Shown: in pieces, positions 1 through 8,452 of the stretch
How positions within the stretch are numbered: position 1 is the stretch's first letter
How the letters are laid out: every line of letters starts with the position of its first letter
Assembly: GCA_963702435.1 (NCBI GenBank)
Contig: CAVPCR010000001.1
Coordinates: 1,376,001-1,440,000, forward strand
From: Candidatus Eiseniibacteriota bacterium
GTDB taxonomy: Bacteria > Eisenbacteria > RBG-16-71-46 > CAVPCR01
DNA: 64,000 bases
Direction: 5' to 3'
Translations under genes and position numbers: made by a program
The notes under the pieces: model-generated
Databases searched by the model: none
What the model saw: the letters and a program-made list of their open reading frames with translations, nothing else
Told to the model about the DNA's origin: nothing

Positions 1-409
1 GGTAATCGAGATCGCCCCGGCGGCGGGCGAGATGCCGCGCGAAGACGGCGCTCCCGATGAGCGACACCCCCCAGTGGATGAGCGCGGTACCCATCGAGAA
101 GAGCGCCATGAGCGCGATCGCCCCGCGCGGCGAGCGCGGGCGCGCGGCGAGCCAGTCGAGGAGTCGCGCGAACGGACGCGACGCCGCGAGGATCGAACCG
201 GTCACGATGACGAGGCACATCTGCATCGCGAACTCGTTCAGGCCGAAGAAACCGTCGCCCCAGGCGGTGAGGAGCGCGAGCGGAGTCGCCGCGGTGACGG
301 CGAGCGCGAGCAGGAAGGTGATGGCGCTCAGCGCAACGGCGATGACGAGCGGATCCGGGATCCAGCGGAGCGACCAGCCGGAGAGCGCGGCGGCGAGGCG
401 GGCCAGCAT
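1..409 (-). CDS. atoE: Short-chain fatty acid transporter (AtoE family), 5' part; runs off the window edge
   Basis: Not in the ORF track; translated by hand from ATG at 409: MLARLAAALSGWSLRWIPDPLVIAV...AWGDGFFGLNEFAMQMCLVIVTG...HWGVSLI...DY. The PDP, WGxGF and FAMQM motifs match AtoE. Confidence 0.85.
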   Translation of the reverse strand, partial: MLARLAAALSGWSLRWIPDPLVIAVALSAITFLLALAVTAATPLALLTAWGDGFFGLNEFAMQMCLVIVTGSILAASRPFARLLDWLAARPRSPRGAIALMALFSMGTALIHWGVSLIGSAVFARHLARRRGDLDY

Positions 410-415
410 CGGCGA

Positions 416-1951
416 TCAGCTCCCGGCCCCGCGGTCGCTGCCGCGCGCCGGCGGGCCACCGCGCGCCGGCTCGCGCCCGAGCCGGCTCCGGCGATAGCCA
501 TAGGCGACGTAGATCGCGAGCCCGACCACGAGCCACGCGGCGAAGCGCACCCAGGTCTGCCCGGGGAGGCCGGCCATGAAGTAGAAGCTGAAGGCGATGC
601 CGAGAGGCGCCGTGATCCAGACGAGCGGCGTGCGGAAGCCGCGCGGCCGCCCTGGATCCATGACGCGGAGCGCGAGCACGCCGGCGCACACCAGGATGAA
701 GGCGAACTGGGTGCCGATGTTGGTGAGATCGATCATGTCGGTGATGTTCAGGAAGCTGGCGCCGGCGGCCACGAAAGCGCCGGTCAAGATCGTGGTCACG
801 TAAGGTGTGCGGAAGCGGGGATGGATGGCGGCGAATGACCGCGGCAGGAGACCGTCCCGGGCCATTGCGAAGAAGATGCGCGGCTGACCGAGCTGAAAGA
901 CGAGGAGCACGGCGGTGTGCGCCACCACCGAGCCGAAGGCGACGAAGGTCGCCCAGCGCCGCTCCCCGACCGCGTTGAGCGCCACTGTGAGCGGCTCGCC
1001 CTCGCGCCCGCGGAGCTCGGCGAGCGGGAACATGCCGGTGAACACCGCGGCGACGACAACGTAGACGAGCGTGCAGATGAGGAGCGAGCCGATGATCCCG
1101 ATCGGCATGTCGCGCTTCGGGTTCTTCGTCTCCTCAGCCGCCGTCGACACCGCGTCGAAGCCGATGTAGGCGAAGAAGACGATCGCGGCGCCGGCCTGGA
1201 TGCCGCGCCAGCCGTTGGGAGCGAACTCGGCCCAGGTGTCGAGGCGGGAGAACTCGAAGTAGCCGGCCCCGATCGCGACGAAGAAGCCGAGGACGACGAG
1301 CTTGATCCCGACCATCACCGCGTTGAAGGCAGCGCTCTCCCTGATGCCGACGACGAGCACGGCGGTGATGAGAGCGACGATCGCGAAGGCAGGGATGTTG
1401 ATGAGGATGGGGATGCCCGCGATGTGGGGCGCGGCGGCAACGAGCGTGGCGTTCGCCGGCTGGAGCGCGGTCTGCAGATCGACCGCCGCCCACCACGGAA
1501 TGTCGATCCCGATCCCGTGCATGAAGTCGCGGAAGTAGTTGGCCCAGGAGATGGCGACCGCGATGTTGCCGATCGCGTACTCGATGATGAGATCCCAGCC
1601 GATGATCCAGGCGAGGAGCTCGCCGAGCGTGGCGTAGGCGTAGGTGTAAGCGCTCCCGGCGACCGGGATCATCGAGGTGAGCTCGGCGTAGCAGAGGGCG
1701 CAGAAGGCGCAGCCGACGCCCACCAGGAGGAAGGAGAGGATGACGCCGGGGCCGGCGCCGGGGCGGGCCGCGTCCCCGAGCGCTGCGGTGCCGATCGAGG
1801 CGAAGATGCCGGCGCCGATGATGGCGCCGACCCCGAGGATGGTCACGTTCAGCGGACCGAGCGCGCGCCGGAGACCGTGGGCCCGGTCCTCGGCCTCGCC
1901 CACCAGCTGGTCGATGCTCTTCCGGCGCATCAGGGTGCGGAAAAGGCCCAT
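416..1951 (-). CDS. Amino acid permease (APC superfamily)
   Basis: GAIIGAGIF, GSAYTYAYATLGE and FFAYIGFDAVST motifs, about 12 TM segments. Start moved to ATG 1951, which follows a GAGGAGG RBS. Confidence 0.93.
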   Translation of the reverse strand: MGLFRTLMRRKSIDQLVGEAEDRAHGLRRALGPLNVTILGVGAIIGAGIFASIGTAALGDAARPGAGPGVILSFLLVGVGCAFCALCYAELTSMIPVAGSAYTYAYATLGELLAWIIGWDLIIEYAIGNIAVAISWANYFRDFMHGIGIDIPWWAAVDLQTALQPANATLVAAAPHIAGIPILINIPAFAIVALITAVLVVGIRESAAFNAVMVGIKLVVLGFFVAIGAGYFEFSRLDTWAEFAPNGWRGIQAGAAIVFFAYIGFDAVSTAAEETKNPKRDMPIGIIGSLLICTLVYVVVAAVFTGMFPLAELRGREGEPLTVALNAVGERRWATFVAFGSVVAHTAVLLVFQLGQPRIFFAMARDGLLPRSFAAIHPRFRTPYVTTILTGAFVAAGASFLNITDMIDLTNIGTQFAFILVCAGVLALRVMDPGRPRGFRTPLVWITAPLGIAFSFYFMAGLPGQTWVRFAAWLVVGLAIYVAYGYRRSRLGREPARGGPPARGSDRGAGS

Positions 1952-2141
1952 GCCCTCCTCGAAATATGCGAACTCGAGATTGGCGAAACGGGGATTCGCA
2001 AGACCAAGGCTGGCGCATCGGAACCCGAACCGGCGCACCCTATCACGATACCGTGGCCGGCGAACCCGGCCCCGGCGCGGCGCTTGCCGCAGCAAGGGAA
2101 AGCTCAGCGCGGCCCGTCACGCCAAGCGCCGTGACGGAAAG

Positions 2142-2200
2142 CGCCGGGTTATGCGAAGCGAGCGCAGCGAGCGGAGCCGCCAGGCCGCGTGTTATGCGGC
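2142..2200 (+). mobile_element. Degenerate attC-like site A (R' core GTTATGC at 2191-2197; R'' lost)
   Basis: 59 bp, 56/59 identical to 2980-3038. Has the GCGAGCGCAGCGAGC centre and ends in a GTT core. Confidence 0.7.
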
Positions 2201-2244
2201 CCGGCTCCGGTCGGCCACGAGGCAAATCGCGGGAAGCCCGGGGG

Positions 2245-2619
2245 TCAGCTGCTTCCAGACGGAGTGGGGAGAGGCCGCTGGCGGATGCGCTCTCTGTCAA
2301 CAACGGTGAAGCGTCCCTGGAGCGTGAGGTCGCGACGGTCGAGGAGGGCACGCACCAAGAGCGCAGGCTCAGTTGGTGTTGCCGGGACAAGTCGGAGGTA
2401 GACGACGCCGTCGGGAAGTGAACGCCGGCGGCGATAGATCAAGGCGCCGAAGTCGCGATCGAAGGTCAGAATGATGCGACGCTGGTCGGCGGCCATCTCA
2501 AGGAGGACGTCATCAGCCGCTCCGGCAGCGCCTTCAGCCGCGGCGAGGACGTCATGGCCGTCAGCCCGAAGGAGCTGCACGCTTTCAAGCGGGACGTTCT
2601 CGTCGGCCAAGATGCGCAC
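2245..2619 (-). CDS. DUF5615 family PIN-like toxin (VapC45-like)
   Basis: MRILADENVP...DDVLL...IILTFDRDFG motifs; GTG start overlaps the stop of the upstream DUF433 gene (TAGTG). Confidence 0.9.
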   Translation of the reverse strand: MRILADENVPLESVQLLRADGHDVLAAAEGAAGAADDVLLEMAADQRRIILTFDRDFGALIYRRRRSLPDGVVYLRLVPATPTEPALLVRALLDRRDLTLQGRFTVVDRERIRQRPLPTPSGSS

Positions 2620-2858
2620 TACGCGACGTCAGGGCGAAGGGGATAGAGAACGTCGTCGCGAAGCGACTCCGCGGCGAAGGCAAAAACGGCCCGGAGCGCG
2701 TCAGGGGTCAGGCTCGGGTAGTTCTTGATGACCTGCTCAGCGGTCCAGCCTGCGGCAAACAAGCCGAGAAGGAAATCCACGGAGAGCCGTGTGCCGCGGA
2801 CAACGGGTTTTCCCGCGAGGACCTGGGGGTCGGATGCAATGTGGTCACGCCAGTTCAT
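2619..2858 (-). CDS. DUF433 family antitoxin
   Basis: IASDPQVLAGKPVVRGTRLSV...YPSLT signature; coupled to the DUF5615 gene. Confidence 0.92.
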   Translation of the reverse strand: MNWRDHIASDPQVLAGKPVVRGTRLSVDFLLGLFAAGWTAEQVIKNYPSLTPDALRAVFAFAAESLRDDVLYPLRPDVA

Positions 2859-2973
2859 AGGTTTTCCAAGGGTCGCGCTGGCAGCCGTGAGTGCCAGCGG
2901 CGCCGAGCACCGATCCTACACGAGAGGCAACGCATCTGCCAGCCCTCTCCCGGAAGGCTGCGCGAGCCGGGCT

Positions 2974-3035
2974 GCATGACGCCGGGTTATGCGAAGCGAG
3001 CGCAGCGAGCGGAGCCGCCGGGCCGCATGATATGC
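2974..3035 (+). mobile_element. Degenerate attC-like site B (R'' GCATGAC, R' GATATGC; each one base off GCATAAC/GTTATGC)
   Basis: 62 bp element between the two TA pairs, near-identical to site A. Its flanks are complementary to the far ends of the neighbouring cassettes. Confidence 0.72.
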
Positions 3036-3072
3036 GGCAGACGAACGAGAGGGAGGGCAGCGGCGACGGGCC

Positions 3073-3381
3073 CTATCCTGCCTTTCGCAGGACCACGACC
3101 TCGCGCAGTAGCCGTCCCTTCAGGCGAGCGCGTTCGACTTCCAAGTCGTATCTCACCTGAAGATTGAGCCAGAATCGATCCGAGGTGCCGAAGTATCGTG
3201 ATAGCCGCAGAGCGGTGTTTGCCGTGACCGCCCGCTTACCGTGCACAATCTCGTTGATCCGACGCGGGGGCACACTGATCTCCCGCGCCAGTCGGTACTG
3301 GCTGATCCCCATGGGGTTGAGGAACTCCTCGAGGAGGATCTCCCCGGGGTGAACTGGAGGTCGATTCTTCTTAGGCATCAC
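3073..3381 (-). CDS. higA: HigA family antitoxin (HTH XRE)
   Basis: PPVHPGEILLEEFL...RINEIVHGKRAVTANTALRLSRYFGTSDRFWLNLQ signature. Confidence 0.95.
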   Translation of the reverse strand: MMPKKNRPPVHPGEILLEEFLNPMGISQYRLAREISVPPRRINEIVHGKRAVTANTALRLSRYFGTSDRFWLNLQVRYDLEVERARLKGRLLREVVVLRKAG

Positions 3382-3390
3382 ACATGTATC

Positions 3391-3672
3391 TCAGTGATAG
3401 TCAACGATCTCCACGTCGTGGGCATCTCCCTCGGCCCAGGCGAAGCAAATGCGCCACTGGTCGTTGATCCGAATGCAGTACTGGCCCGCACGGTCGCCGG
3501 AGAGCCGCTCGAGTCGGTTGCCCGGGGGGACGCGCAGATCACGAAGGTCCTGTGCGGCGTCCAGCATGGCGAGCTTTCGCTGCGCGATGCGTTGGAGGTC
3601 GGCGGGGAGTCTACGCGAGTACCCTCCCCGGAAGACTCTCTCGGTCTCGCGGTCACGAAAGCTCCGAATCAC
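3391..3672 (-). CDS. higB: HigB (RelE/ParE family) toxin
   Basis: IRSFRDRETE...DLRVPPGNRLERL...IRINDQWRICF.W...VEIVDYH; GTG start at 3672; toxin-before-antitoxin order. Confidence 0.95.
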   Translation of the reverse strand: MIRSFRDRETERVFRGGYSRRLPADLQRIAQRKLAMLDAAQDLRDLRVPPGNRLERLSGDRAGQYCIRINDQWRICFAWAEGDAHDVEIVDYH

Positions 3673-3679
3673 GAAGGCA

Positions 3680-3716
3680 AGGCTAGAGGGCTCCAGGCAT
3701 AACGTCAAGCGTTATG
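3680..3716 (-). promoter_or_regulatory. higBA sigma70 promoter with palindromic operator
   Basis: TTGACG (3708-3703), 17 nt spacer, TAGCCT (3685-3680), 7 nt before the GTG. Inverted repeat CATAACG-N5-CGTTATG (3698-3716) overlaps the -35. Confidence 0.8.
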
Positions 3717-3758
3717 AGGTGCCCTCCTGGGCTCGAGTCGAGGTGCTGGCTGGGGCAC

Positions 3759-3790
3759 TCGTCTGCCGCATCACGTCCCACTTGACGCCC
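3759..3790 (+). mobile_element. Truncated attC-like site C (R''-like GCATCAC at 3768-3774)
   Basis: TCGTCTGCCGCAT (3759-3771) is the exact reverse complement of ATGCGGCAGACGA (3032-3044) at the other end of the higBA cassette. Confidence 0.6.
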
Positions 3791-3816
3791 ACAACGCCGG
3801 GCGGCAGGCTCGCCTC

Positions 3817-4614
3817 ATGACAGAGCGCGCACACCGGATCCTCGTCGAGCGCGCCGGCCACGCCGGCGCGGTCGCCCTCCTTCGCCTGAACCGCCCCGAG
3901 AAGTCGAACGCCGTCGACCTCGCCCTCATGGAGGAGCTCGATAGTCGTCTCGCCACGCTCGAGGCCGATCGCGGCTGCCGCGTGATCGTCCTGACCGGCG
4001 CCGGCAAGAGCTTCTCGGCCGGCGGCGATCTCGATTACTTCGCCTCGCTGCCGCCCGAGGAGGCGGCGATCCCGCCGGCCACGCGGATGGGTGCGGTCCT
4101 CGACCGCCTGGCGACCGGTGAGCGCGTCGTGATCGCGGCGGTGAACGGGCCGGCGGTGGGCGGCGGGCTCGAGACGGCGCTCGCCTGCCATCTGCGCGTG
4201 GCGAGCGAGTCGGCCGTCTTCAGCATGCGCCACCGCGATCTCGGCATGAGCCCAGGCTGGGGCGGCGGCGCGCGTCTCTTCGCAGCGGTCGGCGCTCCGG
4301 CCGCGCTCTGGCTCCTCCTCACCGCCGACACGATCGACGCCGCGACCGCGCTCCGCCTCGGCCTCGTGCAGCGCGTGGTGCCGGACCGCGCGCTCCTCGA
4401 GGAGACGCTCGCCCTGGCCACCGACATCGCGGCGCGCCCGCAGGGCTCGGTGGCCGGCTTCCTGCGTCTCGCCGCCGCCTACCGCGCGGGCGGTTTCGAC
4501 GCGGCGGCGCGCTACGAGGCCTCCCTCTTCGCCGAGCGCTGGCAGTCACCCGAGTTCCAGTCGCTCCTCGCCGAGCGGCGGGCGGCCCGGATGCACGCCC
4601 GCGACCGCTCGTGA
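3817..4614 (+). CDS. Enoyl-CoA hydratase/isomerase family protein
   Basis: LNRPEKSNA, FSAGGDL and IAAVNGPAVGGGLETALACHLR crotonase motifs. Confidence 0.92.
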   Translation: MTERAHRILVERAGHAGAVALLRLNRPEKSNAVDLALMEELDSRLATLEADRGCRVIVLTGAGKSFSAGGDLDYFASLPPEEAAIPPATRMGAVLDRLATGERVVIAAVNGPAVGGGLETALACHLRVASESAVFSMRHRDLGMSPGWGGGARLFAAVGAPAALWLLLTADTIDAATALRLGLVQRVVPDRALLEETLALATDIAARPQGSVAGFLRLAAAYRAGGFDAAARYEASLFAERWQSPEFQSLLAERRAARMHARDRS

Positions 4615-4627
4615 TAGAATTTCCGCC

Positions 4628-5503
4628 ATGCGCACCTCAACCTGCACCCTGGAATCGCTCCGTTCGGGACTCGTCCTTCTGCTGCTCTGCGGGCCGGCAG
4701 CGGCCCTCGCCTACTCCGACGGCCCTCCCGACGGCTACGCCAACAACCCGCCGTTCTACGAGAACTGCCAGGCTTGCCACAGCAACCTCGTCGGCGACGG
4801 CGCGCTCGCGCTCCTCGGCGCGCCGCTCGGCGGCTACACGCCGAACGCGACCTACACGCTCGCGGTCGAGCTCCGCGATCCCGGGCAGCGCCGCTGGGGT
4901 TTCGAGCTCACGGTGCTCGATGATGTCGCAAACGCGCAGGCCGGGACGCTCGTCGTGACGGATCCCGTCAACACCCAGCTCTCCGACAACATCGGGACCG
5001 ACGCCGACTTCATGAAGCAGACGCTCGACGGCACCTATGCGGGCATCCTGAACGGTCCCGTGACCTGGCAGTTCGACTGGACGGCGCCAGATTCCGGGAA
5101 CGTGACCTTCTATCTCGCCGGCAACGCCGCGAACGGCAACGCCAACCCGACCGGCGACGTCATCTACTGGATCCAGCACCCCGTCACGCCGGTCACGGCC
5201 ATCGAGCCGGTCGCCGCGCCGGCGGCCCTGGTCCGCCTCGGGCCCGGGTTCCCGAACCCCTTCGCCTTCGCGACGACCATTCCCTTCGAGCTTGCGGCCC
5301 CGGACCGGGTCCGCCTCACGCTCCACGATGTGAGCGGACGTCTGGTGCGAAGCCTTCTCGATGCGACGCTCCCCGCTGGCCGGAACGCGGTCATGTGGGA
5401 CGGGCGCGATGCGAACGGCCGCCCGGCTCCGCGCGGGGTCTACTTCCTCACGCTGGCGACGAGCACGACGGAGCTCAGGGAGCGCGTCGTCCTCGGCTTC
5501 TAG
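4628..5503 (+). CDS. Secreted Reeler-like (choice-of-anchor V type) protein with a CxxCH motif and a C-terminal FlgD-like Ig domain
   Basis: Signal peptide; GPP...NCQACH; WGFELT; FDWTAP...AGNAANGN; C-terminal PNPF...DVSGRLVRSL...WDGRDANGRPAPRGVYF. Confidence 0.8.
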   Translation: MRTSTCTLESLRSGLVLLLLCGPAAALAYSDGPPDGYANNPPFYENCQACHSNLVGDGALALLGAPLGGYTPNATYTLAVELRDPGQRRWGFELTVLDDVANAQAGTLVVTDPVNTQLSDNIGTDADFMKQTLDGTYAGILNGPVTWQFDWTAPDSGNVTFYLAGNAANGNANPTGDVIYWIQHPVTPVTAIEPVAAPAALVRLGPGFPNPFAFATTIPFELAAPDRVRLTLHDVSGRLVRSLLDATLPAGRNAVMWDGRDANGRPAPRGVYFLTLATSTTELRERVVLGF

Positions 5504-5675
5504 AGCGTAGAGCGAGTGCCATAGCGAGGACCAATGCCGGGCCCGACATCGCACGCCAACCGCGTTGCGTTTGCCCGAGCCGCGGCTGTCGCATTCCATC
5601 TCGCCGTGATATAGTGCTGATGTTGCGCCGTTGCCAGGACGGGTTGCAGGCGTCTGGTCCAGGGGAGAGTGCACC

Positions 5676-8342
5676 TTGGCTCGAGCGTTCCCCGGCTTCA
5701 CCGCGATCCTGTTCCTGATCCTCACCGCATTCCTGGTCCCCTCCGCCCACGCTCAGAACACCGGCACGCTCGCGGGACGCGTGCTCGATGCGGGCGGCGC
5801 GCCGGTCGCCGGCGCCAACGTGACCGTCACCGGGCCGCTTCTCCTCGGGACACGCGGCGCCGTGACCGATGACAACGGTTTTTTCCAGGTGTTCGCCCTG
5901 CCCAGCGGGCTGTGCTCGGCGAAGATCAGCCACGTCTCGTATGCGGCATGGACCGGCACCGACGTCCGCGTCCCGCTCGGGGCCACCGCGACCCTGCCCG
6001 ATGTCCGTCTCGCGCCGGCGGTCCTCGCGGGCGGCGAGGTGGTGGTCGCGGCCGAGCACACCCCCATCGACCTCGCCTCCGCATCCGGCGGCGACAACCT
6101 GACCCCCGCCGACTACGAGGCGCTGCCGATCGACCGGAACTACCAGACCATCGCGAACCTGGTCCCCCAGGCCAACCTGAGCGAGTTCGGCGACGGCATC
6201 GGCATCGGCGGCGCGACCGGGCTCGAGACCAGGTACTTCATCGCCGGCACCGACGTCACCGATCCGGTGAGCAGCAGCTCATCCACCATCCTCCCCTACA
6301 ACTTCGTGCGCGAGATCCAGGTGCGCACCGGCGCCTACGAGGCCGAGTATCGCGGCGCGCTGGGCGGGGAGGTCGAGGTCGAGACGCTCTCCGGCAGCAA
6401 CACGTGGGGCGGTCAGCTCTTCGGCTTCTTCACCAACGACAACCTGGCGGGGACGGCGCGCCCCGGGACCGGCACCGAGTCCACTTCCTACCGGAACTAC
6501 GACATCGGCGGCTCGATCGGCGGCCCGCTCCTCACGGACCGGCTGTGGCTCCTCGCGGCCTACAACCCGCTCGTCTCGACCGAGAGCGTCCCGCTCGCCG
6601 ATTTCGGCGAGTTCGACGACGACCGCACCGTGCACTCCTTCGCTTCCAAGCTCTCGTGGCGGGCCGACGAGCGCAACACGCTCCATCTCACCGTGCTCGG
6701 CGATCCCACCAGCGGCCGGCAGGTCGAGCCGTTCGGCGGGACCATCGCCGATTTCGCGATCGAGAATCCCGACATGGCGCTCTCCACGATCGAGCAGGGC
6801 ACGATCCATGTCACCGGCAACGGCACGCATCTCCTCGACGAGAAGCTGGTCCTCTCGTCCCATGCCGCGTGGAGCCGCTTCCGCGACAGCCAGGAGCCGG
6901 AAGGTGACGCGAGCGAGCTCGGCGTGCGTTACGAGGATTACGTCACGCGGACCCTCTCGGGCGGGCCCGCCACCGCCTTCGACTACGGGACCACCGAGAT
7001 CACGCTGGGTGCGACGGCCACGATCGAGGCGGCACCCGCTCACACGGTGAAAGCCGGGATCGACTACACGCACCTCAACCAGTCAGTGGACTACGAGTTC
7101 CACCTCCTGAGCCGGCCGAGCGATTCGCTCTACGTGGACTCCTACCAGTTCCGGACCGGCGAGATCGGGCAGACCATGTGGGGGTTCTTCGCGCAGGACG
7201 CGTGGCGGATCACGCCGCGCTGGCGCCTGAACGCCGGCCTGCGCTGGGATCCGCAGCTCCTCCGCGCGTCCGACGGCGAGACGGCGCAGAAGCTCCTCGA
7301 CCAGGTCGCCCCGCGCTTCGGCGTCGTCTATCTGCCCGACGGGACCGGGAAGAGCAAGGTCACGGCCTCGGCCGGCCGCTACTACCAGATGCTGTCCCTC
7401 TACGTGCAGCAGTTCTACGAGCTCGACTCGACCGCGTTCACGGTGACCCAGTACGACCACGATCCGCGCGAGGATCCGAGCGGCGGCGAGGTGGTCGCCA
7501 ACATCGTGCCGAAGATCCAGGACGAAGTGGACATGGAGGGCCAGCACTACGACGAGGCGACGCTCGGCTACGAGCGCGAGCTCCGGCCGGGGCTCACGGT
7601 CGGCGCGCGCGGCGTCTACCGCACGCTCCGTCAGGGCATCGAGGACGGTCTCGATCCGGTCACCTTCGACGGCTTCTTCGGGAATCCCGGCAGCGAGCCG
7701 CTCACCGACTTTCCGGAGATGGAGCGGGACTACGCGGCACTCGAGCTCACGGCCGAGCGACGGGGACGGCCGTGGACCGTGCGCGGCTCCTACGTGCTGT
7801 CGCGCTCCCGCGGCAACTACCCGGGCCTCTTCGACTACCGGTTCCGCGACGACCGGGCGAACTCGACTTCCCAGTTCGACCTGCCGGAGATGCTGGTGAA
7901 CGCGACCGGCCTCCTGCCCAACGATCGCACGCACGTGTTCAAGCTCTTCGGCTCGTACGCGACGACGTTCGGGCTCACGCTCGGGGCCTCGTTCATCGCC
8001 GAGAGCGGGATCCCGCTCTCGGAGTACGGCGGCTCCTCGATCGGCTACCCGCTCAACTTCGTGACCGAGCGCGGATCGAACGGCCGCACGCCGGCGCTCT
8101 GGGACCTCGGGCTCCGCTCGGTGTACGCGCTCGAGCACGTCGTCGATTCGCCATACGCCCCGAGCCTCATCCTCGACATCTTCCACATCGGGAACCCGCG
8201 CGAGGTGGTCGACGTCGATCAGGTCCACTACTTCTCGCTCGACGAGAATGGGAACCAGGCCGATCCGAACCCGAACTACCTCGATCCCATCCTGTATCAG
8301 CCGCCGCTCGCCGTGCGGCTGGGGATGGAGCTCGACTTCTGA
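5676..8342 (+). CDS. TonB-dependent receptor-like outer membrane protein (Oar-like, carboxypeptidase-regulatory N-domain)
   Basis: Signal peptide ending AHA-Q; GTLAGRVLD; EIQVRTGAYEAEYRGALGG; FAQDAWRI...LNAGLRWD; C-terminal Phe. Start probably the TTG at 5676 after GGGGAG. Confidence 0.88.
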   Translation: MARAFPGFTAILFLILTAFLVPSAHAQNTGTLAGRVLDAGGAPVAGANVTVTGPLLLGTRGAVTDDNGFFQVFALPSGLCSAKISHVSYAAWTGTDVRVPLGATATLPDVRLAPAVLAGGEVVVAAEHTPIDLASASGGDNLTPADYEALPIDRNYQTIANLVPQANLSEFGDGIGIGGATGLETRYFIAGTDVTDPVSSSSSTILPYNFVREIQVRTGAYEAEYRGALGGEVEVETLSGSNTWGGQLFGFFTNDNLAGTARPGTGTESTSYRNYDIGGSIGGPLLTDRLWLLAAYNPLVSTESVPLADFGEFDDDRTVHSFASKLSWRADERNTLHLTVLGDPTSGRQVEPFGGTIADFAIENPDMALSTIEQGTIHVTGNGTHLLDEKLVLSSHAAWSRFRDSQEPEGDASELGVRYEDYVTRTLSGGPATAFDYGTTEITLGATATIEAAPAHTVKAGIDYTHLNQSVDYEFHLLSRPSDSLYVDSYQFRTGEIGQTMWGFFAQDAWRITPRWRLNAGLRWDPQLLRASDGETAQKLLDQVAPRFGVVYLPDGTGKSKVTASAGRYYQMLSLYVQQFYELDSTAFTVTQYDHDPREDPSGGEVVANIVPKIQDEVDMEGQHYDEATLGYERELRPGLTVGARGVYRTLRQGIEDGLDPVTFDGFFGNPGSEPLTDFPEMERDYAALELTAERRGRPWTVRGSYVLSRSRGNYPGLFDYRFRDDRANSTSQFDLPEMLVNATGLLPNDRTHVFKLFGSYATTFGLTLGASFIAESGIPLSEYGGSSIGYPLNFVTERGSNGRTPALWDLGLRSVYALEHVVDSPYAPSLILDIFHIGNPREVVDVDQVHYFSLDENGNQADPNPNYLDPILYQPPLAVRLGMELDF

Positions 8343-8452
8343 GGACTTCCTGTGTAGCATGGGCGTTTGCGATTGCGGCCAGCGTCCTTGTCGGTAGCTG
8401 ACTCCACGGGAGGGGCAGCGAAGCTCCCGACTCCTCTTTCGAGCTGTTTGTC

